Assembly: GCA_050250895.1 (NCBI GenBank)
Contig: JBFWNU010000003.1
Coordinates: 395,302 to 459,301 of the forward strand
DNA length: 64,000 nt
Direction: 5' to 3'
DNA from: Vulcanimicrobiota bacterium
GTDB lineage: Bacteria > Vulcanimicrobiota > Xenobia > Xenobiales > JADMJV01
A model generated the notes under the pieces. The model was not told the origin of the DNA. It saw only the letters and a list, made by a program, of their open reading frames with translations, and searched no databases. The position numbers and the translations under genes are program-made. Shown here piece by piece: positions 55,271 through 64,000 of this stretch (its first letter is position 1; each line of letters opens with the position of its first letter).

Positions 55271-55729
55271 GTGATGAAAAGAGAGAAGGGTCTCTGGTAT
55301 TCTCTAAAGTGTCCAAACCCAAGAGAAGAAAGAGAACCCTTCGTCACGATTTTATCCGTCAGCGGCATCGACAGCAAGACGTATCTGCAAAACCCGTCCC
55401 TGGTTCGCGACGGTGTTGGGTTTTGTCCGGTTTGCCCTCGGCCAACGCGGCTTGCCAACAACGGAGGCTACGCACGGAGGATACCCGTGGCTCCGGGAAA
55501 GTGGGAAGTCAGCTGGATTTATCGCAAGTATTGCTGCCGCTGTCGTGTCTCTTTCTCTCTACTCCCGCAGTTTCTGCTCCGGCGCCAAAGCTATAGCCTG
55601 TCGCTGGTGGCGGCCTGGCTCTGGGCCTGGCTGAACGGTGCTTCCACCCGGCAGCGTGAGTTCTACCTCAGCAACCAGGTCGAGTTGCCTGCCGTCGATC
55701 AAAAGCTTTCCTGGTCGGATTTGTTCTAA
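55271..55729 (+). mobile_element. DUF6431-like zinc-ribbon protein, truncated transposon accessory remnant
   Basis: CPVC...GGYAR...YCCRCRVSFSLLPQFL..RQSYS; no transposase follows. Confidence 0.55.
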
Positions 55730-55967
55730 CCGTGATCGAGGCCAGCGCGCGCTGGCCTCGATCTTGCTTTCGGCCTCACTTTCGCGGACAGATAAACTTG
55801 ATCGCAGGCGGCCAAATAATCTTAGCGGCGACACTTGGCATTCTCTCTTAAGAAGCCCGTCGCAGGAATAAGGGAGGCAGGCTTGAATGGGAGCCACGCC
55901 GCTATGCAGCTCGCCCCCTGACCCCCATTCGACTGCAGCGGCCGCCTCGGCCTCGCCGGGGCTTTTG

Positions 55968-56177
55968 TCATGCTGAGCTGGGCACCTCAACGGTAGAGCA
56001 GAGCGCCTCATAAGTCCGACCGGCCTGACTCAGGAGGATGTGGGCCTGGTGAATCTGGTGGGCTGCTTTGCAGACGCCCTCGATTTTTCGAAGCTCGGGG
56101 TGGGTCATCTCGAGAGCGGCCAGTTCGTCGATGGCGGCCGATAGGTTGGAGGTGACGAACTTGAGTGGGTCAGTCAT
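55968..56177 (-). CDS. Small hypothetical protein (phage-like region)
   Basis: RBS GGAGG before ATG; 69 aa. Confidence 0.5.
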   Translation of the reverse strand: MTDPLKFVTSNLSAAIDELAALEMTHPELRKIEGVCKAAHQIHQAHILLSQAGRTYEALCSTVEVPSSA

Positions 56178-56250
56178 CGGGTCCTCCCAAGGCGGCGGGC
56201 AGGGCGGGGGACATCTACTTGCCTCGGCGTCCAAGCCTCCGCCCTTTGTA

Positions 56251-56604
56251 TCAGGCCGGCCTAGCGCCCGTTCCTGACTCACCACCGATGATGATTTGGT
56301 CGACGTTAGTCAGGGTCGGCAGATAGATGGGAGCGAGCATGCTACGGCCCGATGGGGAAGCCTCAGACCCAGCGGGGCGGGGGGAGTTGACCAAGCCCCG
56401 CTCGAAGCGCTCGACTTCATCGAGTGTTATGGCCCATTTGTCGCCTTGCCTACCCCCGAAGCCACGGATTAAGCCAGTTTGTAACCAATGCAGGGTCGTG
56501 GGGTGTGAGAAAGGCCGACGTCCAGGCAGTTCCTGAGAAGTGAGATATTTCAACAGCGCTAAGCTCCGTCTAAGGGGAAAGGGGTGCGCAAACCACGAAG
56601 TCAC
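56251..56604 (-). pseudogene. Excisionase-like HTH fused to a phage Gp37/Gp68 (DUF5131) fragment
   Basis: YLTSQEL...TTLHWLQTGLI.G...KWAI..DEVERF followed by VDQIIIGGESGTGARP. Confidence 0.55.
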
Positions 56605-56708
56605 TTAACTGACGCTTGTAGAGTAACCCCCGACGGCGTCAGCGTTGCTCTCAGTGGCTAGCTTGCCAACAGAATATATCAAATCAAATTTGAAGTCAAG
56701 GCGTCAAA

Positions 56709-57101
56709 TTGAATTCATCATCATTGAGAGTGCTAGGTAGCAGAATAAAAGAGGCCAGGGAATCCCTCGGCTTCACTCAACAAGAATTCGCCGATCACCT
56801 CGGGAAGAAGAGCTACCAGATTGTCAGCCGGTGGGAGTCAAACCTTTCTTATCCACCTCTGCCAACGCTTGACGAGATCGCAGTGCTGACCAGAAGACCA
56901 ATTGGCTGGTTTTTCAATGATGCTGTAGGCGCCTCCTTTGAGAAGGCCGGGCCGCCGATTCATGAAATATCGGCGGCGCTGCGCAAGCTCGAGGCGGCGG
57001 AGGTGCTAGCGGCTCAGGCTCGCGATGAACTCGCGGCCGTCGTTGCCCAGCACAGCGACCGGACAGATTCACTCTGCAGAAAGGAGTCGACTAGCAAATG
57101 A
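56709..57101 (+). CDS. XRE-family HTH repressor (phage CI-like)
   Basis: RIKEARESLGFTQQEFAD.LG..YQIVSRWE...P....L..IA. Confidence 0.85.
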   Translation: MNSSSLRVLGSRIKEARESLGFTQQEFADHLGKKSYQIVSRWESNLSYPPLPTLDEIAVLTRRPIGWFFNDAVGASFEKAGPPIHEISAALRKLEAAEVLAAQARDELAAVVAQHSDRTDSLCRKESTSK

Positions 57102-57678
57102 AGATCGGGGTCGAAACTCAACTCGGTCTATCTTGAAGTCGAAGCTTGACGGAGCTAGCCACGACCGTCTTGAGATTTAGGCACTGATGGGTATAGAGAT
57201 CTTGGCGCATCAGGGTGAAGAACCCGAGGCTCTCAAGGAGCGCCGCCCGATACTCAGGGCAATCACGGGTCGGGACTATGACGACGCCGCGATGTGCATG
57301 TAGGGTCGGCCTTCCTCGGCGAAAGCCGCCGCGACCCAGGGTAGATCCGTGGGGTCGGGTGGCAAATACTCCTGCTCTAATTCTGGATCTACGCACGGCT
57401 CAAGACCGTTGGCGCCCAATCGGTAGACAAACATGCTGCCGTAGATAGCCCTTTGAAAACGGATAGTGTATGCATAGTTTGCTCGCCAGTTCATCCACCG
57501 CGCATCGGCGAGACTGGTTATCGGATTACCGAAATTGACCACTCGGCAAGCCGGAGAACGGCCGCCCCGTGAGCATCGAAGAACGGCGTGCCACTGGTGA
57601 ACGGCGCCGTGCCCCGACTTGAGCAGGTTGAAGGGATCGTCTGGAGAAGGCCGCCCCGTGGACTCCATCTTGGTCACG

Positions 57679-58920
57679 ATGCAATGGCCCTACGCGGATG
57701 CGATCTTTCGTCTGGTCCTGGCGCTGGCGCTGGGCCTCTTCATAGGGCTAGAACGCGAGCGTAGACACAAAGAGGCCGGCGTTCGGACCTTTGCGTTCGC
57801 CGCCTTGCTCGGGGGCCTTGGAGCGCTTCTAGGAGAAGACTTCGCTCTGGCGAGTTTGGCCTTGCTAGGCCTTATGGCTGTCTTGCTGAACATTTCGTCC
57901 TTGCGGGACGGCCACGGGGCCGAGTTGACCACGACGGCTGCGATGCTGGTGACTGGGTACACGGGGCTTTTGTGCGGGCAGGGTCATACCTTCACTCCGG
58001 TCGCCATTGCGATGTTATCGGCTGGGTTGCTGGCCTGGAAGAATCCGCTGAGCGGTTTTAGTCTGGGCCTCACTGAAACCGAACTTCGCTCGGCGATTTT
58101 GCTGGGGATATTGGCTTTTGTCATCTATCCGGCCTTACCCACTTCTACTATCGATCCGTGGGGGGCCATCGACCCCCGAGCAGCCTGGGTGACGGTGATT
58201 CTCATCGCTGGCATCGGTTTCGTCAACTATATCCTGCTCAAGCTCTACGGCTCTCGAGGGTTTGCTATCAGTGGATTTCTGGGTGGGCTCGTGAACAGCA
58301 GCGTGACTGTGAGCGAGATGGCGGCCAGGGTTCAAGAGAATGAGGCTCTCGGTCCTACCGCCTACCGGGCGGTTCTGCTAGCAACGGCGGCTATGCTGGT
58401 GCGCAATGCAGTCATCCTTGGACTTCTCTCTCCACTTTGTCTGGTCAAGACCGTGATGCCGATGGTTTTCATGTTGCTGTGTTGCGGTGGACTGTCGCTA
58501 TGGGAGCGGTCCCGTCCCCCTGCGGCCATGGAAGCACCTGTGCTCGACATCGACTCGCCTTTTTCTCTATTCTCGGCCCTGAAGTTTGGCGTTCTTTTTC
58601 TCGTTCTCGAAGTGCTGGGGGAGACCGGTCAACGCCATCTCGGCCAATTCGGTCTTTACGGGGTCAGCCTCCTGGGGGGGGCCGTTTCCAGTTCTAGTGC
58701 CGTAGCCTCGGCGGGGCTGCTGGTGTCCCACGGTAGTGTTTCGGCGACGCTTGGAGCGAATGCCGCTGTGGTGGCGTCGGTGGTAAGCGCGATGGTAAAT
58801 GTTCCTTTGGTGATGCGGAGTGGAAACAAGCTTCTGGTCCGCCGACTGGCGGCGGCCCTTGTTCTATTAGCGATAGCGGCGGGCTTGGGGGTGATCGTGC
58901 AGGCCCGGCTTCGATGGTGA
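57679..58920 (+). CDS. MgtC/SapB + DUF4010 membrane protein
   Basis: ALGLFIGLERE, AGVRTF, GFLGGLVNSS; many TM helices. Confidence 0.9.
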   Translation: MQWPYADAIFRLVLALALGLFIGLERERRHKEAGVRTFAFAALLGGLGALLGEDFALASLALLGLMAVLLNISSLRDGHGAELTTTAAMLVTGYTGLLCGQGHTFTPVAIAMLSAGLLAWKNPLSGFSLGLTETELRSAILLGILAFVIYPALPTSTIDPWGAIDPRAAWVTVILIAGIGFVNYILLKLYGSRGFAISGFLGGLVNSSVTVSEMAARVQENEALGPTAYRAVLLATAAMLVRNAVILGLLSPLCLVKTVMPMVFMLLCCGGLSLWERSRPPAAMEAPVLDIDSPFSLFSALKFGVLFLVLEVLGETGQRHLGQFGLYGVSLLGGAVSSSSAVASAGLLVSHGSVSATLGANAAVVASVVSAMVNVPLVMRSGNKLLVRRLAAALVLLAIAAGLGVIVQARLRW

Positions 58921-59088
58921 TTGCATTGGCAGGCCGTTTGATCTCAAAGAAGACGGTCTCGACCTGGTTGTCGGTGCAGCCACCTCACCGGGATCGCGAT
59001 CGGGTCACGCCAGGCGGTAAAGGACCTCCCGAGGGGATGACCTCCTAGCCCGCAGGTTCGGTCCTGGAGGAGAAAGGGCTGGAGGCTG

Positions 59089-60426
59089 TCAATCTTTGGT
59101 GCGAAAATAGGAGAGAAATTCCCCCCACCTGGAGGGGGAGGCTTCCGTCTCCACCGGCACCCGGTAGCCCCCTCGATAGTCCTCGATGGCCGTATGATAG
59201 ACGTCTTCCATCAGTAAGGCTTGGTGGCGCAGATCAAAATCTTTGGCTCGGACGCGACCGGCGTGGCCCATCTGATGCCTCTTTTCGGGATCCTGGAGCA
59301 GTCCTCTGAGTGCACGGCTCAAAGCCGCCGCCTCACAGGCTACCATCAGCCCCTCGCGGCCGTCGGTGAGCACGTCCCGGGTCCCGTTGGCGTCGACAGC
59401 CGCAATCGGCAGTCCGGAAGCCATGGCTTCGAGGGTCACCAAACCTTGAGTCTCGGTTACGGAGGCGAAACAAAAGAGATCGGCCGCCGCGTAGTAATCG
59501 GCCATTCGACTGTTGTCGACCATCCCGATGAAACTCACCTTCTCCGCGATGTTGCGCTCGCGACACACCTGCTCTAGGTTGGGACGCTCCTCGCCACCGC
59601 CAACGACCAATAACCGCACATCCTCCGCATCTCGGACCGCTGTTTGAAAAGCTTCCAATACGATATCCCAGTTTTTCTCTCGAGCTAGACGTCCGACGGA
59701 CAGCACCAGGGTTTCCCGCGGGTCCAAGCCCAACTTGATTCTGGCTTCCAGGCGTGTAAGTCTGCCAAACCGGGTCGCGTCGATGCCGGTCGCGACGACC
59801 GATACCCGCTTGCCGATCCCGTAGCTCTCCTCCAAGACAAGCCGAATACTGTCGCTGGGCACGACGATATGATGGCACTTGCGCATGAAGTGGAGCAACC
59901 AGTGTTCCAGGAATTCTTTGACGAGATTGGGTGGCAGGTGTCTGACGTAGTGGGAATACTCACGATAGAGGGTGTGATAGGTGAAGACCAAGGGCACGTC
60001 CAGGGAACGAGACTTGTTCGCGGCCACATTCCCCAACAAGGCGGGGTGATTGGTGTGGATCACGTCGAGCTTGAGGCACGGCAAGAGGGCGTCGACGAAC
60101 GGTGATACAGGCAATGTCAGGGGATAACTTTGCAAAGGTAACTCCCACGAGGGGTAACGGAAAACGAAGGGCAATAGATCGTGATACTCTTCACGAGCAT
60201 GGGGCGCGAAGGTGAATACGATGTGGCCGGCTTGGGTTAGTCCTTGATGAAAAGCGCGAACCGACGTCACCACGCCGTTCGTCGAAGGCAGAAACACGTT
60301 CGTGAACATGGCGATGTGAAGTCGGCTGATCGCGGCAGCATCCTGACTCTTGCGTGAGAAACTCCCCGTTGGTGTGTCCATGAGCTGACTGAAGCAGACT
60401 ATAAGGCCTCGCACGTAGAGGTTCAT
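59089..60426 (-). CDS. GT4 glycosyltransferase (start uncertain)
   Basis: NGVVTSV, TYHT.Y..Y.HY, SVGRLAREKN, SVTETQGLVTLEAMASG. Confidence 0.92.
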   Translation of the reverse strand: MNLYVRGLIVCFSQLMDTPTGSFSRKSQDAAAISRLHIAMFTNVFLPSTNGVVTSVRAFHQGLTQAGHIVFTFAPHAREEYHDLLPFVFRYPSWELPLQSYPLTLPVSPFVDALLPCLKLDVIHTNHPALLGNVAANKSRSLDVPLVFTYHTLYREYSHYVRHLPPNLVKEFLEHWLLHFMRKCHHIVVPSDSIRLVLEESYGIGKRVSVVATGIDATRFGRLTRLEARIKLGLDPRETLVLSVGRLAREKNWDIVLEAFQTAVRDAEDVRLLVVGGGEERPNLEQVCRERNIAEKVSFIGMVDNSRMADYYAAADLFCFASVTETQGLVTLEAMASGLPIAAVDANGTRDVLTDGREGLMVACEAAALSRALRGLLQDPEKRHQMGHAGRVRAKDFDLRHQALLMEDVYHTAIEDYRGGYRVPVETEASPSRWGEFLSYFRTKD

Positions 60427-60828
60427 TGATTCAGGTCAAAGAGCGTTGCGACCGCAGGAACGGGCGAGTAAGCCCCACCTGCAGGTCCGCGTCGGCCCTG
60501 GCCAATCGGGGGCCTTCCACTCGTACATTCCGGGCATCGCTTGGGCCCCGCCACCGTGTTCGCAAGCCTCTCCTTCACCCGCTCCCCAGCCATTTGACGG
60601 CCCATGTCCCTCGTGATGGCGCGCCCTGGGCACCGCGACCTGTTTTTCGGTAGTGAAGACCTTGGCAGGTTTTGTGCGGGGAAGGCCGAATCCCATGGTA
60701 GCTTCCCGTTGCCCCCCGCGATGGGTTTTAGTCGATCGGGGAGCTTCTCCAACTCACGAAGGCACCTTGCGGTCAAGAGGATCAGATTCACATGAAATCG
60801 GGGTTGTACCGGAGATAGAAGGAGCTTC

Positions 60829-61851
60829 ATGGGTGGACACAGCAAGACCCGTTTGAGGCTTCTTGGCAGGCTAACGACGCTGCTCGTTCTGCTTGGTGTT
60901 ATCAATGTCGCCTGCAACCCTCAGGAGTTGCCGACACCCGCTCCCGTCGGGAGGCACCTGCCCTCTTTCGCTTCCATTGCCCACAAACCGCTCAAAGAGT
61001 TGAGTGGAATGGTAGCCAGCCGCACCTATCCCGACGTGGTCTGGGTCAACAACGACAGCGGCCACGAACCGGCCCTTTTCGCCATCGACACAAACGGTCG
61101 GGTTCTTTTACCCGAACCCTGGGCCCAGCGAGGCTACATCATCGGCCCCAAGAAGTCCAAGCGCAGAACTCTCTTTGAAGGCATTCCCCTCGAAGAGGCT
61201 GTCAACCGGGACTGGGAGGCTCTGGCAAGCGACGGCGACCGGCTCTACGTGTGCGATCTCGGCAACAACGACAACGAGCGGCGGGATCTAACGGTTTACG
61301 TGGTGGCTGAACCAAACCCCCGCACCGCCACCTCAGCCAGGGTTTTGAAGAAGCTGCTGGTGGCTTACCCCGACCAGGAGGCTTTCCCCCCCGCCCTACG
61401 GGAATACGACTGTGAGGCCACTTTCGTGTACGGGCACAAACTCTACTTTCTGACCAAGCATCGCCCCACATCCAAAAAGGGGGGACCCGTTACCAGCACC
61501 AAGCTCTACCGCCTGGATACCGAAGACGCTTCTCGGGTCAACCAGCTCACGCTGGTGGAACGACATGCTGATCTGGGCGGATGGGTCACCGATGCCGACC
61601 TTTCAACCGATGGCCGCACCCTGGCCGTGCTTTGTGAAGCGCCCATCCAGTCGGTGTGGCTTTTTGACGCTCCCCCTAGTGGGGACCGTTTCTTATCGTC
61701 CCACGCCCGTCGCCTGGTATTTTCTGGCGCCGGCCAGTGCGAGGCGATCGCCTTTCTGGACGACCACCGAATCTTGATGGGGAATGAGGATAACCAGTTG
61801 TTCATGCTCGAAACCGAGGACTTCCAGACCCAGCTGCGGTCGACGCCCTGA
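60829..61851 (+). CDS. Putative beta-propeller lipoprotein, copy B (close paralog of 46717-47694)
   Basis: Lipobox VA|C; long identical blocks with copy A. Confidence 0.8.
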   Translation: MGGHSKTRLRLLGRLTTLLVLLGVINVACNPQELPTPAPVGRHLPSFASIAHKPLKELSGMVASRTYPDVVWVNNDSGHEPALFAIDTNGRVLLPEPWAQRGYIIGPKKSKRRTLFEGIPLEEAVNRDWEALASDGDRLYVCDLGNNDNERRDLTVYVVAEPNPRTATSARVLKKLLVAYPDQEAFPPALREYDCEATFVYGHKLYFLTKHRPTSKKGGPVTSTKLYRLDTEDASRVNQLTLVERHADLGGWVTDADLSTDGRTLAVLCEAPIQSVWLFDAPPSGDRFLSSHARRLVFSGAGQCEAIAFLDDHRILMGNEDNQLFMLETEDFQTQLRSTP

Positions 61852-61929
61852 CCTGGTCTCCTTGTTTGCAGTCGGACAACATTGTTGAGGCCTCGCGGCT
61901 ATTGAGGGTGCCGCCAGATTAGGCGAAGA

Positions 61930-62349
61930 CTACCGCTCCGTGGTCGCCTCGGCGGCTGGAAACAATAACGCGACGGCTTGCTCTAGCCGCGTTTTGAAAG
62001 CGTACTCCAGTTCGCTGTCGCATTCAGGGTCATGGCGGCGTACGGTTTCGCAGACCGTCTCGAGCCAAAGGGTATAATTCTGCTTCGAGCCGCGTGTGTG
62101 CCGCTGACGGTGTTCGCGACGGACCGCCTCGACCTCGGGGGCATCGGGCTCGAGCAATGGGAGCAAGATGAGCCGGGGCAGACTGGTGGCCAGTTTGCGT
62201 TTTTGTTCGTCCATATCGACCATTTCAAACCGGGTCCGGAAGTGGGGTGATTTGACAAACAGAAGGCGATAGAAGGTGTCTAGATAGTCTCCTGAGCGGG
62301 CACAACGCTCCAGGCTCGCCAGCAGCCTATGGGTGGAATCGGCCTTCAT
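61930..62349 (-). CDS. Single-domain globin-like protein
   Basis: SLERC...FY..LF..SP....F...DM..Q...L; Y.LWLE. Confidence 0.75.
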   Translation of the reverse strand: MKADSTHRLLASLERCARSGDYLDTFYRLLFVKSPHFRTRFEMVDMDEQKRKLATSLPRLILLPLLEPDAPEVEAVRREHRQRHTRGSKQNYTLWLETVCETVRRHDPECDSELEYAFKTRLEQAVALLFPAAEATTER

Positions 62350-62511
62350 TGCTCACGTCCAATCTGCTCTCGACGAGAGCAAAAGAAGATGGTTTTGTCT
62401 TCTATAGAAATACAGTATCCTGAGCTCGAAATCAAGTGCCTCACTGGCTTATGCATCTTGACCTGACCAGGATCATTCTGGCCGCTGGGGCGCAGTAGTA
62501 GGATGGACCCT

Positions 62512-64000
62512 ATGTCCAAAGATATCGATGTGAATGCGCTTTTCCTCGGACCCAAGTCTGAGAATCGCAAGTTTTTCAAAGAGATGCTCGAGTTCGTGAT
62601 GGACGAGCATATCCATTGGCGGCGGGACTTTCATCCGTCGGACCGGCCGGTGGTCTCGCCTCAGGAGCAGCGGAGCGCCCCCTATCAGGACACTCTGGTG
62701 CGCACCGAAGAGGTCTTGCTCGAGTTGTCCTCGCGACTCAAGGCGAGTTCGATCCCAGCCTTCAGTCCTCGCTACCTGGGGCACATGGTCTCGGACACTT
62801 TGATGGCCGCCAACCTGGGCTACCTGGCCACGATTTTATATAACCCCAACAACTGTTCCTTTGATGCCTCGTCGGCTTCGACGATGCTCGAACTGGAGGT
62901 GGGACAGGACCTTTGCCGCTTGTTCGGCTTTGAGCCGACTGAGGGTTGGGGACATATTACGGCGGGCGGCACCATCGCCAACTACGAGGCGCTGTGGGTG
63001 GCCCGCAATCTAAAGTCGCTGGTGAGAGCGATAGAGATGACCCGGCCCGACCTGCTTCAAGGTTACGACGCCTCTCGGCGAGCGAATCTGCCCGTCGGCG
63101 AAGCTCTCACGCTGCTGGCCAGAGTCAAGGCCGAGGGCCTGCTCGACACGGTCCGCCGCCAGACCGTGCAGTACCGAGGAACAGGACCCGGACTGGGCAA
63201 GTTGATCGTGCCCGAATCCAAGCACTATTCCTGGACCAAAGCGGCTGACATCCTGGGCCTGGGCCAGGACTCTCTGGTCGACATACCGGTGGGAGACGAC
63301 TTTCGCATGGACATCCAGGCTTTGCGGACCATCGTCGAGAGGATGGTCCAAGACGGCACACCGATTCTGGCGGTCGTGGCAGTGGTCGGCACCACCGAGG
63401 TCGGCGCCGTGGACCCTGTGCACGAGATCGTGGCTCTTCGTCAGCAACTAGAGCAGGAACGCGGAGTCGGATTCTATCTGCATCTTGATGCGGCCTACGG
63501 AGGATACGCCCGGGCCGTCTTTCTGGACGAGGATGGGCGTTTCTTGGAGTCAGCCAGTTTTCAGGATGAATGGCCGAGTTCTGATGTCTACCTAGCCTTT
63601 CGAGCCATGGAGCGGGCCGATTCGGTCACGGTCGACCCCCACAAACTCGGTTACGTGCCATATTCCGCAGGGGCCATCGTTATGCGCGACCGGAGGGTCT
63701 TGGACCTGATCTCCCACTTTGCCGCCTATGTCTTTGAGCAAGACGAGATGGGTCCCCAGATGCTGGGCAGCTTCGTCATGGAGGGTTCTAAACCGGGGGC
63801 CAGCGCGGCGGCGGTGTGGATGGCCCACCGCCTGTTACCTTTAAACGCTGAGGGTTATGGACGTCTGATCGGTCACAGTATCGCGGGGGCACAACGTCTC
63901 CATCAGGCCATGAGCCAACATTCTCAGGTCCAGGTGGGGTCGACCACCTATCGACTGGAGCCCCTGACATCGCCAGACCTCAACATAGTAGATTTCGCTT
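62512..64000 (+). CDS. Group II PLP-dependent decarboxylase (tyrosine decarboxylase-like), partial
   Basis: Not in the ORF track. MSKDIDVNALFLGPKSEN..EHIHWRR, PRYLGHM, GHITAGGTIAN.EALW, HLDAAYGG, DPHKLGYVPYSAG, EGSKPG. Confidence 0.9.
   Translation, partial: MSKDIDVNALFLGPKSENRKFFKEMLEFVMDEHIHWRRDFHPSDRPVVSPQEQRSAPYQDTLVRTEEVLLELSSRLKASSIPAFSPRYLGHMVSDTLMAANLGYLATILYNPNNCSFDASSASTMLELEVGQDLCRLFGFEPTEGWGHITAGGTIANYEALWVARNLKSLVRAIEMTRPDLLQGYDASRRANLPVGEALTLLARVKAEGLLDTVRRQTVQYRGTGPGLGKLIVPESKHYSWTKAADILGLGQDSLVDIPVGDDFRMDIQALRTIVERMVQDGTPILAVVAVVGTTEVGAVDPVHEIVALRQQLEQERGVGFYLHLDAAYGGYARAVFLDEDGRFLESASFQDEWPSSDVYLAFRAMERADSVTVDPHKLGYVPYSAGAIVMRDRRVLDLISHFAAYVFEQDEMGPQMLGSFVMEGSKPGASAAAVWMAHRLLPLNAEGYGRLIGHSIAGAQRLHQAMSQHSQVQVGSTTYRLEPLTSPDLNIVDFA

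Overview
GC-rich bacterial window with no rRNA, tRNA or CRISPR array seen. The style of the hypothetical proteins suggests an uncultured lineage such as Ca. Eremiobacterota/Xenobia; this is inference only. Positions 1-47 kb mix housekeeping and envelope genes (MTAP-family phosphorylase, RluD, Lnt, an ACP-FAAL-acyltransferase fusion, a sulfatase-like/NoeA-like pair, ADP-ribosylglycohydrolase, a HEPN-MNT toxin-antitoxin pair, two convergent PilX/PilV/PilW-like minor-pilin operons) with many orphan genes. Positions ~47-64 kb look accessory: a duplicated beta-propeller lipoprotein brackets AraC, Rrf2, monooxygenase, radical SAM, phage/IS remnants, MgtC and GT4 genes, followed by a globin and a partial tyrosine-decarboxylase-like gene. 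The main finding, read directly from the DNA, is a fixed-geometry promoter motif: TTCARR-N4-TTTNNNN-N9-YANNNT, an 11-bp-period direct repeat just upstream of a -10 box. It occurs 7 times, always in front of orphan genes with low-complexity 'MKI..D-x-V-x-L'-type N-termini. Genes with this promoter or leader style carry toxin-like or effector-like cargo (polymorphic-toxin tips, M91/M48 peptidases, an NlpC/P60 amidase, midasin-like AAA fragments, giant helical proteins with a shared C-terminal motif). This is a candidate undescribed co-regulated, exported effector repertoire.
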